Shown here piece after piece: positions 49,833-61,131 of a stretch of 64,000 nt of DNA. Under the pieces are notes generated by a model. The model was not told where the DNA came from and did no database searches. It worked only from the letters and a program-made list of their open reading frames with translations. The position numbers and the translations under genes were made by a program. The DNA lies in contig NW_015168689.1 of assembly GCF_001447785.1 (NCBI RefSeq), forward strand, positions 124,001 to 188,000. Direction: 5' to 3'. Source of the stretch: Gekko japonicus. Its lineage: Eukaryota. The stretch's first letter is position 1. Each line of letters starts with the position of its first letter.

Positions 49833-51330
49833 TAACATAAGAACATAAGAAGAGCCCTATGGACCAGGCCAGTGGTCCAACTAGTCCAGCCTCATGTCTC
49901 ATACAGTGACCAATCAGTTCCTCTGGAGGGCCAACTACTGGGCAGAGAGGCCAAGGCCTTCCCCTGAAGTTGTCTTCTGTTACTGGGATTCAGAGGTCTA
50001 CCGCCTCTTAACATGGAGTTTCCCTTTAGTCCAAAACCAAACAAAGGTTTAGTGGAAAAGAGGGCCAATATTAAAACCCATTAGTCACCATGGCTGATAG
50101 ACCTATCTTCCATGAATTTAATCCCCTTCTAAATTGTCTATGTCTGTGGCCATCACTACACCTTCTGGCAATGAATTCCACATTTCAATCACTCTCTGTG
50201 TAAAGGAGAATTTCCTTTTGTCCATCCTGAGTCTACTGCCCATCAGATTCATTGGAAACCCTCAAGTTCTAGTATTTTGGGAGAGGGAGAAAAAGTTCTC
50301 TTTGTCTATCCATTTCTGCTACCTCCATCAGTTTAACTATTATTTCCTTTCTTGTTGGGAATCTCTCCCCTTTCCAATATTTAGCCATTAAAATTCTAGC
50401 CGTAGTCACTATATATGTTATTATATATTTATCATTTTATTTGTACTCCTCTGGTACCATATTTAGTAATGCTATCTCCAGAGTTAACACCACATTTAGC
50501 TTCATAATTTCCATTATAAGTTTTTGTATCATTTTCCAATATCTCTCTACTTTCTCACATCTCCACCACATATGAAAAAATGTCCCTATATTTTTTTTAC
50601 ATTTCCAGCATATTTTGGACATTGACGGGTGACATTTCACTATCTTATCTGGGGACCGATACCATCTATGGTACACCTTTTAGATATTTTTTTATAATTA
50701 ATCACACTTACATAACTAACTATAAGTCTTCAAGGGAAAGAAGGAGGTTTGAGAAAAGATGGGGAAGAGTTTATAAATGGATTAATGAAATATGGGAGAA
50801 TGCAGATTTGACTGTACAATGAATGAATGTTTGTAAGTGTGGACAAGACTCAAGTTATGTGAAGGAAAAATGTTTGTAATTAATTTGGAAAAACGAGAAA
50901 TAAAAGTCTAAAAAAAAAGTTCTCTTTGTCAACTCTCCACCCCATGCATAATTCTATAAACCTCTATCATATCTCCACCTTAGTCATCTCTTTTCTAAAC
51001 TGAAAAGTCCCAGACTCTTCAGTCCCTAATCATCTTGGTTGCCAACTTTTGTGCTTTTTCCCCGCTCTGTAGTGTCCTTTTTGAGATACAGTGACCAGAA
51101 TTGTATATAGTGTTCCAAACAAGGCAGCACTATAGATCTATACAGGGGCATTATAATATCAGCTGTTTGCCCTTTTCACCATTGCAGTACACTGGTTTGA
51201 CACTTTCATTGAACTATCTACTACACCCCCCAAATCTTTTTCCCTCTCAGTGTCAGCAAGTTCAGACCCCAATAGCATATACTTGAAGTTAGGACTTTTT
51301 GTCATGCTGTGCAACACCTCGCACTTACCA
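49833..51330 (-). mobile_element. CR1 LINE 3' portion interrupted by an L1
   Basis: aacataagaacataag tail. Minus-strand KCEVLH...EREKDLGGVVDSSMKVSNQC. Confidence 0.88.
50307..50913 (+). mobile_element. 5'-inverted (twin-primed) L1 insertion with 17-bp TSD
   Basis: TSD AAAAAGTTCTCTTTGTC at 50290-50306 and 50914-50930. 50307 to ~50680 is antisense (HRWY..CWKCKK..GTFFHMWWRC). The remainder is sense, with AATAAA at 50899 and an A-tail. Confidence 0.88.
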
Positions 51331-52133
51331 AAAGGGATGGACATTAACTAGGAAAATGCGGTTCAGTTTGGTTCATGGTTTCTGGTTTGCACAGTTCACG
51401 AACCACAAACCGTCATGAACTTTTAGGGGCTAAACGAACCATTTCAGTCTGTGAGTTTTGCGATGCAGTAGAATGCACCACTTGATAAGCTAGCAACATT
51501 AAACTCACAGAGGATCTTTGGCTGACTCTCCTCTACCTGCCCTCCAAATTTGGTGAGGATTGTATTTATGGGCTTTGAGTTAGAGCCCCCCAAAGAAGGT
51601 GCCCCATCCTCCACTGTTTCCAATGGAGGGGGGAAACAGCAACAACAACAAAAAAGGCAATAGAAGCCCAGCAGAACAGAATCAAAGTCCCAGAAAACCT
51701 CTGCAGTAGAAACTGAAGGGTTTTTTTGGGGGGGGGGTTTGCAAGCCCAGCAGAACCAGTGCCACTGTGACAGTACAAACCCAACAAGACTAAGGTCAAG
51801 CCAGAAAATCTCTGCAGTAGAAACTGAAGGTGGCAACCCCCTGAGCATTTGTTTGTCTTGTGCTTGTGATCTGAATTGGGGCCTCCAACAGCTGCTGTTT
51901 ACCAATTTAAAAGCCACATTAGACAACCATTCATGGATCTTTCATGGTCTCATCTTCCACTGTTTGCCCCTGTCACCATTCACAAAAATACAATTAAATA
52001 AATGCGTCCATTGATGGCTTACACAGGATCAGGTTGTGGTGGACCTTACTAGGAATGATGCAGATTTCACATTAAATATGTTCACTAACTGAACTTAGTG
52101 TGTCAAGTCAGACATGGGTTGATCACTCTGTCT

Positions 52134-52177
52134 NNNNNNNNNNNNNNNNNNNNNNNNNNNNNNNNNNNNNNNNNNNN
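52134..52177. other. Assembly gap (44 N)
   Basis: Run of N. Confidence 1.
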
Positions 52178-52482
52178 TTTGAGTATGTGCAAAACTATGT
52201 GTGCACAAAGGCATGGCCAGTTCAAATCGATCCACAGCCATTAGTGCCACTAAAGACTACTTACATGACCACTAAAGGTTTTATTGAAACACACCATTTA
52301 TTTAGAACCAATTTATATGATTTGTAACTGATTTAATTGTCCATTCAAACAACTGCCTGCTGGGTAGAGTAGTTATACAGCAAGGACAGGGACAATAGTA
52401 AACTCAGCTGGGCAGTGTGAGAATGTGTAAGTGTGAAAAGTCAATTCAGCTGTAGTCCATAGTTAAGAAGGAATATAGTGGA

Positions 52483-52548
52483 GCAACCTGCCAAATAGCC
52501 ATGAATGGGTCGACAAAGCGCAACCTGCCAAATAGCCATGAATGGGTC
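52483..52548 (+). repeat. Perfect 29-bp direct duplication with an 8-bp spacer
   Basis: GCAACCTGCCAAATAGCCATGAATGGGTC at 52483-52511 and 52520-52548. Confidence 0.95.
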
Positions 52549-55500
52549 TACATCAAACTGATCATCGAAAAATCAGCTCCTTGTTTGCAATGGGCAAACA
52601 GAATATGAGCGAAACTGGCAGGTGTTTAAGTATCCCTAGACCCTGCTCCCGCAAACACTACTCCCTCCCACACAGCCAAAGAAAATATGGAGACTCTGCC
52701 CCCCTCACAGTCACACAAGGCTGAAAATCCTGTGCCTAACTTGTTGAGCTTGCGTCACCACCACAGCTCTGCACTCGTCACTGACCTCATGGTTTCCTGG
52801 CAAGCAGCCAATCAGTTGTGTCAACCAGACAAGTGGAGCTGTGCAAGTGGAGCTGTGTAGGTGACAACAAAACTGTAGGCTCCACAAGTTGCAATTCCTT
52901 GAAGATATTTTCCGTCTCACCTAGGCAGACCTTTGATTTGATTGTTATAATAGAGGGTCATTTATGAAATAAATTCTGAAAGGTATCCCAGAAATCTTGA
53001 TTCCCTGCCCCCAATTATAGATATCAGAGTGCAGAAGAATGGTAAATTGTATCTGTGTATGTATTTTGCATGTCCTTCTTTAGGATGGGCAAGTAAAGCT
53101 TGGCAAACAGCTGTTCCTATTTGTGTCTGTATATGTTAAAAGTTAATTGGGGGGGGGAGAGAAATCGGCAGAAAGAAGCCTTGGCTATGCATGCCAAGTC
53201 CTCTGCCAAATTTAGCTGAGGGTTTTAATCCTGTGGCTGCAGATCAAATCCCCAAAATGATGTTTATTCTAGAACTGCTGACAGAACATTACCCATGATC
53301 ACAGAAGGCTTCTGCAGAGTTAGAAGCCTATTTGGTGTATATATATTGTCTATATGTGCATATATAAGCTTTAAGGGAACGGCCATAGCTCTGTGTGCTT
53401 TGCACACACAAAAATCCCTGACTGACAGCTCCAGTTTAAATGATAAGGTGGAGTGAAAGACCCTTACCTGACACTCTGGAGAGCTACTTCAAGTCAGAGC
53501 AAGGCCATAGCCAGCAGTGGGGCTTTAGGGGCAGTGCCCCCATCAGATCCTCAAAGCCCCCTACCTCAATCTCTCCAATTCCCCTTTATTTTTGAAAAAA
53601 AATATTACTTAGTAAGTTCAGCTGCCCAGCACTGCTGATGTGCTGGCCGAAGTGCACATGAACTAGCGGCCCCCACCAGCAGCATTCCTTCCTTCCTGGC
53701 TTGATTCCTTCCTGGCCAGTGGCTTCCTTCCTCCTTCTTTGTTCCTCCTTTAATTGGCCAGTGCAGCCCCTGTAGCCAGCTTGGAGGGGGGCTAATTTCA
53801 CCTCTTTGGATATGCTCAGTAGAGGGGGGGGGTTCTAAGGGGGCGCAGACAAAGGCTGCCACTCAAATATTTAATAAAGAAAGAAAAGAGACCCCAACCA
53901 AATCCTGACTCTTGTCAAGATGCACCAGGTGTTAAACCTTTTCCACTCCAGCTTTTGTAAATCTTCTGTTGGAAGGGGGGGAGGGGAATGCCTGAAATGC
54001 AAACAGCTGGGCTGGAGGAAGAGGTTTTAATTTCTTTTCCTTTTGCCCCCCTGCTATGTATGCAGACCGCCACCAGGGGTCCACGACTAACTTAGGAGCT
54101 TGGTTCTCGGATCATAAACCTCCGTGTGTCCACCAATAGGCCTCTGGCGGGAAATTCAAACCCTCTTATGGGGACCCTGGGTGTGCTGGATGGTGTGTAT
54201 ATAGTTGGCCCTTGCAGGGTCGGTTTCTCTTGTCTTGTGTGTGAAGTACAATAAACGCATCTGAACGCATGTTGTAGTCTGAGTCTCCATGCGGCAAACC
54301 CAGTATGTTACACACACGCACCCCATGGGCTCTTTTTCTTGTAAAGCCTTGGTGGGTTTTTTGTTTGGGTTTTTTGCAATAGATCAATGGAGCAGCAAGC
54401 TTTTAAGGTAGCAAATTATGAGATGGCATGTACCTGCCTCTGTGGGCATGCATCCACCAGAATATTGTTCTCTTGCTGCAAGTTGCAGGTTTCATCCCTC
54501 AAATCTATCTCCAGCCTTATATATAAAGGTGCATCCGATTTTTTTTTTGGGGGGGGGAGGTCTGTGTGTGTTTTTCTTTCTGTTTCAAAGTAATCTGCAG
54601 ATGTAATCAGATGCAAACAAAGAAGGGATCTTTTTCTCTCCCTCTACTTGGATCTCCTCTCCAACTCAAATAACAGCCTCCTGCCTTGAACTCTGCAGGC
54701 AGGAAAAAAGGATCTGATAAAAGATGGGGTAGCAGGGGGTGGTAATTCGGGAGGGTCTTGCTTGTAGGCAACCCGCATTGCTTGTTTCTGTAGCCTAGAG
54801 AATCCTTTGGGATTGACTTCCCCTCCAAGTCCTGCAGAAAGAGCTTGTAAATTTCATTTCTTCCCCTCCCCCTTACCTCTTAAATGGTGTAAATATCCCC
54901 CCCCCCATTCAGCGTGTTCACTCCATTGAAAAAGGGGAAATCTGTCAGGTTGCCTTGGAGGAGGGGGGTGATTACATTTTGATCCAGGCAAGAGAGTATT
55001 TTTTTTTCTTATCTGTATGACCAAACTGACACATAATGACAGCCCCATGAGACAGAGAAAAACAGCCCCCTCAGAAAAAAAATTCCTGGCTATGGGCCTG
55101 AGTGAGTAATCAAGACTGATCTTGATAAACCAGTGGACACAAAGTATTAAGATGCATACAGCGGTGTGGGGTGGTGGTGGTTTAGAAACAAGGATTTAGT
55201 ACAGTAGATACGGTATGTTTTGCAAAGGGGAATATGGCAGTCTTTAATGCATATTAATGGAACGTATATTAAGGAAATTTTGTTTATTTAAGCATTGCTT
55301 TAGCCCCCTCTCTGAAAGTGTGCTCAAGGAAGTTGAAAGTTATAAAAAAATTAATCAACCATGTAAAATTAACCAAACAGCAGCACTACAAAAATCAGAA
55401 AAGAATCTAAAACCAGCATAAAATAATAGCAATAAAGACATGCAATGAACCAAGACAAAGGTATAAATGATATCCTCAGCAAATAATCCGTAAAACAACA

Positions 55501-56590
55501 CCAACAACAAATAGACAAACAAAACAGCTTCAGAAACAACAAGCAGGGGAAAACAGAAAGAAAAATCTACAAGGGGAAAATCAACAAAAGGCCCTGACAA
55601 CTATAATTATCTTTACTTGTTCCAATGGACCATCAGGAAGATCATATCAAATTTCCAGGGGGGGGGGTGAGAGAAATTCACAACCCAGTTGAGACCAGAG
55701 GCAAAAATGTGGCTAGTTCTTTCAAATATTCGCCAAATTTATATTTTTTAAAAATACTTTCAATAAAAACTAAAATGGCTAGTGGCATTGTGAATGCAGT
55801 TATCCCTACCACTCCAGTCATTCAATTAGGATATGAGACCTTATTGTTCTGGGAAGTTAATTGTCTAGCCTCTGGAAAGGAAAGACTTCCTGCTAGGGCT
55901 GCCAATTCCAGGTTGGGAAATTCCTGGAGATTTGGGGTGGAGCCTATGGAAGCTGGGGGTTGAGGAGGGGAGGACCTCAGTGGGGTATAATGCCATAGAG
56001 TCCACCCTCCAAAGCAGCCATTTTCTCTTGGAGAACTGATCTCTGTATTCTGGAGATCTGTTGTAATTCTGGGACTGTTTCCACAGTAGTGAAAAACCCC
56101 GCATTGATGCCTTTATATCCCACAGTATTTCAAGTTTTCTGCAGTGGAATTTCCCTTACCAGGTGCAGACCTGAACTTCCTCCCTCTTTCCCCGTGCTTT
56201 GTGAAGCCCCAATTTTAGCGATTTATTTTTTTTTTTGCCTTGGGTGCGAATGTGCCACTTTCTGGTGGGGAACTCCCTGTGCCTGTGATTTGGAATGGGG
56301 GTCCCATTCCAAATGATCAAAAGCTTTCTGCGCATCAAGAAATGGTATGGCTGATTTTTTTTTTACTAACGTAAATGGCATTTGATATTCTACGTATTGG
56401 ATCTGCTATTTGCCTTTGGGGTACAAAACCCGATTGGTCTGGAGAAACATAATTCTCAATTATAGTGCTCAGTCTGGAAGCAAGGACTTCATGTGAAAAG
56501 TTTTGCATCTTGGTTCAATAATGCTATTGGTCAGTAGGAATCTAGTTGGTTTGTTTGTTTACCAGTCTTTAAAAATCACTGTAATCTTTG

Positions 56591-56799
56591 CAGGGGTCAT
56601 TTGGGGGGGGACGCGGGGGGACGCCATCCCCCCGGGTGAGGTGCGGGAGGGCGGGGCCTGGAGCTCCCTGCTGGTGCCCGCTGGAGGTCGCCGCCGGCTG
56701 TGGGGAGGACACACTTTCGGTGATGTCAGGGGGTGTGGCATATGCTAATGAGTTATGCTAATGAGTCCCCCTAGCTCTTTTTCTACGAAATGACCCCTG
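56591..56799. mobile_element. Young hAT MITE with perfect TIR and 8-bp TSD
   Basis: CAGGGGTCATTT/AAATGACCCCTG. TSD AATCTTTG at 56583-56590 and 56800-56807. CpG-rich. Confidence 0.92.
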
Positions 56800-56819
56800 A
56801 ATCTTTGTGTCTTCCCATG

Positions 56820-59800
56820 AGTGGCTCTTTCATTATTTGGTTAAATAATTTTGTCATACTCTGAATTGTTTGTAAAATTCTGGGCCATAACCATCTATAA
56901 CTGGAGATTTTCAATTTTTTATTTTTTTAATGACCTCATCTATTTCTTTGCTTTCAATTGGTTTGTTTAAAATATTGTTGTGTTCACTTTTTAGTTCAGG
57001 AATATTCAGTTTTTGTAGATATTCATCAATTTTCCCCTCAGATGGATTTTCTGAGGTATATAATTTTTCAAAATATTTAGCAAATTGCTCAGCTATTGGT
57101 TCTGTATTATGTATTTTTTATTGTTGCATTCTATCATTGATATTTTGTTTCTATTATTATGTTTTCTCAAATTACTCATTAATAACTTGGAACTCTTGTT
57201 GCCAAATTTGTAATATTTCTGTTTTAAATATAGCAGTTTTTTAGGTATGGAGTCTATCTCTAAAATCTAATTCCTTCCTTTTATTTACCAAATCCTTGTA
57301 AATCTTTTTTGATCCAGTTTTTTTAATGTTTTGCATCTAATTTTCCTATTTCTGCCTGTAGTTTTAATTTTCCGCTATTAAGCTTCTTCTTTAATCTAAC
57401 CATCTCTTGCATACATATCCCCCTTACTACTGGTTTTAATACATCCCATACAGTATGCAAAGGCATGCCTTCACTTATATTTTCTTTGAGATCATTCTGT
57501 ATACCCTCTTGTATTCTTACTCTTGATTCTGATTTGGTTAATAAAATAGTATTAAATCTCCATGTGTATGCAGTTGGTTGTTCTCCAAGAATATTCAAAT
57601 CTAACCAGACTGGAGAGTTATCAGTTTTTTATACCAATTTCTGCTTTAACTATATTCTGCATTAAGCTTGATGATATCAAAATGAAATCTATTCTGGAAT
57701 ATGTGTTATGTCTATGTGAATAATATGTATAATTTATTTTCTGTGGGTTGTCCACTCTCTAGGCTTCTACAAGATTAAATTCTTGCAGGGTTTTTACCAA
57801 TTTGTTTTCTCCTATTTTCCTTTCTGTATTTTCTTTCCACTTTAGTCGAGGTTTGATCTTCGCAGCAGCGGTTACAGTGGACCGGATTACTGCTACGGCA
57901 GTTCCATGGCCAGACCGCCATGCTCTGAGGGCCCGAGTGAATATGTCACCCCAACCCTGTTTGGGCAGCAAGTGTATTTTGCCTTGCCCACGGAGCCAAA
58001 TGGACCCATAGCGGCTTCAGATGGCTCTCCGGGATCCATTGCCCCCTGGTGGCTCACTAGATGAGCTATTCGAGGACTGGCATAGCTGACTCTTGGCGGC
58101 CATTGACAATATCACTCCCAGACGCCCTCTGCACCCTTGTTCAAAGCTGGCTCCATGGTATACCCAGGAGCTGAGGCTGATGGAATGAAGGCTCAAACAG
58201 CTAGAGAGACAGTGGTGGCGGGCTCATGACGAGGCAACAAGAGCATCCTATCAAACGTTTATGAGGTCGTATGAGATGACAGTCAAGGCTGCGAAGAGGG
58301 AGTTCTACACAGCCATGATTGCATCTGCTAGATCACGCTCGGCACAATTGTATAGAACTATTCGGTCCTTAACAACTCTGCCACAGGGCAGACAAAATAC
58401 TAGAGAATTGGATATAGGCTGTGAGGCTTTTGTGGGCTTTTTTGCAGACAAAGTCCTGTTGCTCCACCGCAACCTCCTGGCCACACTTGAGACAGTGAGT
58501 GAACTCGAGGCTCCATGCGCGTCTTCTGGTCCAATTCGGGATTATTTTGGTCTGCTCAGCCTTCAGGAAGTTGACAGACTGATCTCAACAGTATGCCCAC
58601 CCACTTGCAGCCTTGATCTGTGCCCCTCCTGGCTAATTAAAGCTGGCTGTGAGGGCTTTCGAGGCACTCTTAGGTTGATTTTAAAACTGTATGTAAGCCA
58701 CCCTGAGCCGGTTCAGCGGAAGGGCGGGATAGAAATCTAACTAATAAGTAAATAAATAAATAAATAGGTTATCCATATGAGTACAATTTAAATCTTCCCC
58801 TATCACCACTTCCCTCTCTTTAAATTTATCTAATTTCTTGAGAACATATCTTAAAAATTGGATTTGCTTTTTATGGGGTGCATAGATGGAGGTGAGGGTA
58901 ACTGTTTTGTTTGCATATTGCCCTTTAACAAAAATATAATGCCCTAATGGGTCTCTTACTAAATTACTTTTCTGATTTTTAATCTAATGCTTTTTGTGGG
59001 GGGAAAGTTAGCTTTCTATTTAAGATATATTATAGTCCAAAGGTCATGAAATATGGGTAAGTTTTTAATTATGTAGCATGAGGCTGTATATTCATGCAAT
59101 GTTTATTTTTGTTTTTGGTAAATGAATTCCATTAATCCATTTACACTGTCATGCTCTCTCAAAGGTTTCTGAAAATTATTGTGGGTGTTTGTTCTGTCTA
59201 GATGATATTATCACAGATGCTTGGTTTTGCAGTTCTCAGTCTGTGAACTTGTGTCTGCAGAGATAACATGCCCCTTCTTAACAGCCAGCCTAAATTACTT
59301 TTCTGAAATGGACAGACTGCTGAAAAAAATAATTGCTACCCCCGGCATTTGCTGATGCTGAGTAGTGTTTCCCAAAATATTCCTGTTTTAATAACCTGTC
59401 ATCTTTCTTGTTTGTTTTTCCAAAAAAATTATTTTCTAAAACCTACAAGAAAAATAGGGAGGGGAAAACTATAAACTATGGGAGAAAGTAAAGATAAACC
59501 ACTAAAACCCAAGAGGTGGGGTCATATAATGCTTACAATAAAATAGCTTTGAATTAAAAAAGAAAGTAATTTGTTACATTGTAGGTGATCGTTAACATTG
59601 CTTAAATAATTCAATTCCAGGTATTCTGACTTACTAAGAACACAAGAACAGTTAGATAATAAAAATCAAAAGTCAAACTTCAGAGAAAATTAGCATCTCA
59701 TTTGCCTCTTCTTTTCCTCAATCGATATCCTTCCTTGGGGGCAGCTTCCCCACATTCTGAGTCCGAATCTTCTCCAGTAAGTGCTTCTCTAGTAAGCATC

Positions 59801-60900
59801 ACTCCCCTTGTTGCTCTTCTCATCCTCTTCTCCTGTTGGATCCAATTGTTGCTGCAGAAACTCTTTTGCTTTCAAAGCAGAGTCAATTTTCCCCTCTTAT
59901 CTTTAAATCTGAAGAGTAGGCCTTCGGGTACGATCCATTTGTAGGATATGTTGTTCTTTTGTAGAAACAAAGCCAAGTCTCTGTATTTTTTTCAATTTTT
60001 TCCTTTTTTCAAAGGGAATGTCTTTCAAAACTCTTATCTCCTTGCCATCAATTTGAAGGGTAGTTCCATCTGTTGCTTTTAATATCTGATCTCTCACTTG
60101 TCTTCTGGAGAATCTCACCACCACCTCGTCGGGCAGATTATTTTTCTTTATATATTCTGAATATGACCTATAGATCACATCCATTTCGCCTTGAAGAAAA
60201 TCCGCTTTAAAATCTGCAACTGGTCCCAAAGCATCAATCAAAATCTGTTTAAGATTCTTCCCTTTGGTCTCAGGAACCCCCTGAAATCTCAGTATAAAGC
60301 TTTCCTTTTCTATTTGTAGCTGTAGGAGCTGGGCTTCATCAGAATTTTTCTTCTTTTTCATATCTTGCATTTGTTTTTTAAGCTTTTTAGTGTTGGCATC
60401 CACTTCTTTCAAATTCTCAGCTGTTTGCTCTGTTTTTTTAATTCTCATCCAGTTGCTGTTGCTGTGCAGCAACATTTTAATTGAGTGTCTTCATTTGCTC
60501 CAGCAGGGGTCGCAATGCTTCTGTCAGCATCTCAGAGAAGTCTATGGTTGTTTCCGGTCGCGTGACCACACTCGCTAGGCTAGCACTTCCTGAAGGAAGC
60601 TTAGCTTTTGTTTGCTTATCTTTCTCCATCTTCTTCAGCGACATCTTTGAAGCTGTTTACTTTTTACAAAGTTTGCCAAAAGTCTCTAGTCTGCAAATTG
60701 CCTGTAATTTTCTTGTAAGTTTCTTACTATAGTCCCATTTTGCTCCCTTCACAAAGGCTCCGGGGGGGCACTCACTCTGACAAGACTGACAAGACATTTA
60801 AAAACTCTTCTCAGCTGGCACTGACCAATGAGAGAGAAGGGGGTGTATGCAGGCAGGCAGGTAGTTCGCTCCGGGGCAAACTGTGTTTTACAGTCAGGCA
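56820..60900 (-). mobile_element. L1 LINE 5' half (5'UTR, ORF1, ORF2 endonuclease/linker), decayed
   Basis: ORF1 at 59903-60475 (coiled coil, LRFQGVPE, VVVRFS...RDQIL, IRVLKDIP). ORF2 VNGL near 59135, YSRIDF, WRFNTILL, WDVLKPVVRG. Ends before the RT. Confidence 0.88.
57841..58767 (+). mobile_element. L2-type LINE derivative lacking RT, inserted in the L1
   Basis: LDLIFAA, APWYTQEL, FFADKV and PTCSLDLCPSWLIK, then a jump near 58670 to the tail tgtaagccaccctgagcc...(aaat)n. Confidence 0.8.
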
Positions 60901-61131
60901 TTAACCCATAATCTCCCAGCTCTCTGAATCTGATGCACTAAGCATCCCATTATTACTAACCAATAGTGATGGGCACAATGTGAAGCATGAAGCACAATTT
61001 GTCACAAATTTTGCCCTGTTTGTGGTTTGCAAACCAAAGTTCATAACAAGTCTACGTCATGAACTTCCATGAACTTTTAAAGCAATTCATGGCAGTTCGT
61101 GGCAGTTCATGAATAGAGCAGAAAGCAGGGG

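Noticed and set aside
53500-55100. Single 1.6-kb hAT element with captured DNA
   Set aside because: TIR-like ends are present but the flanking 8-mers do not match, so it may be two separate MITE fragments.
59903-60475. Domesticated L1TD1-like gene
   Set aside because: The ORF is broken at both ends and embedded in a decayed L1 with ORF2 remnants.
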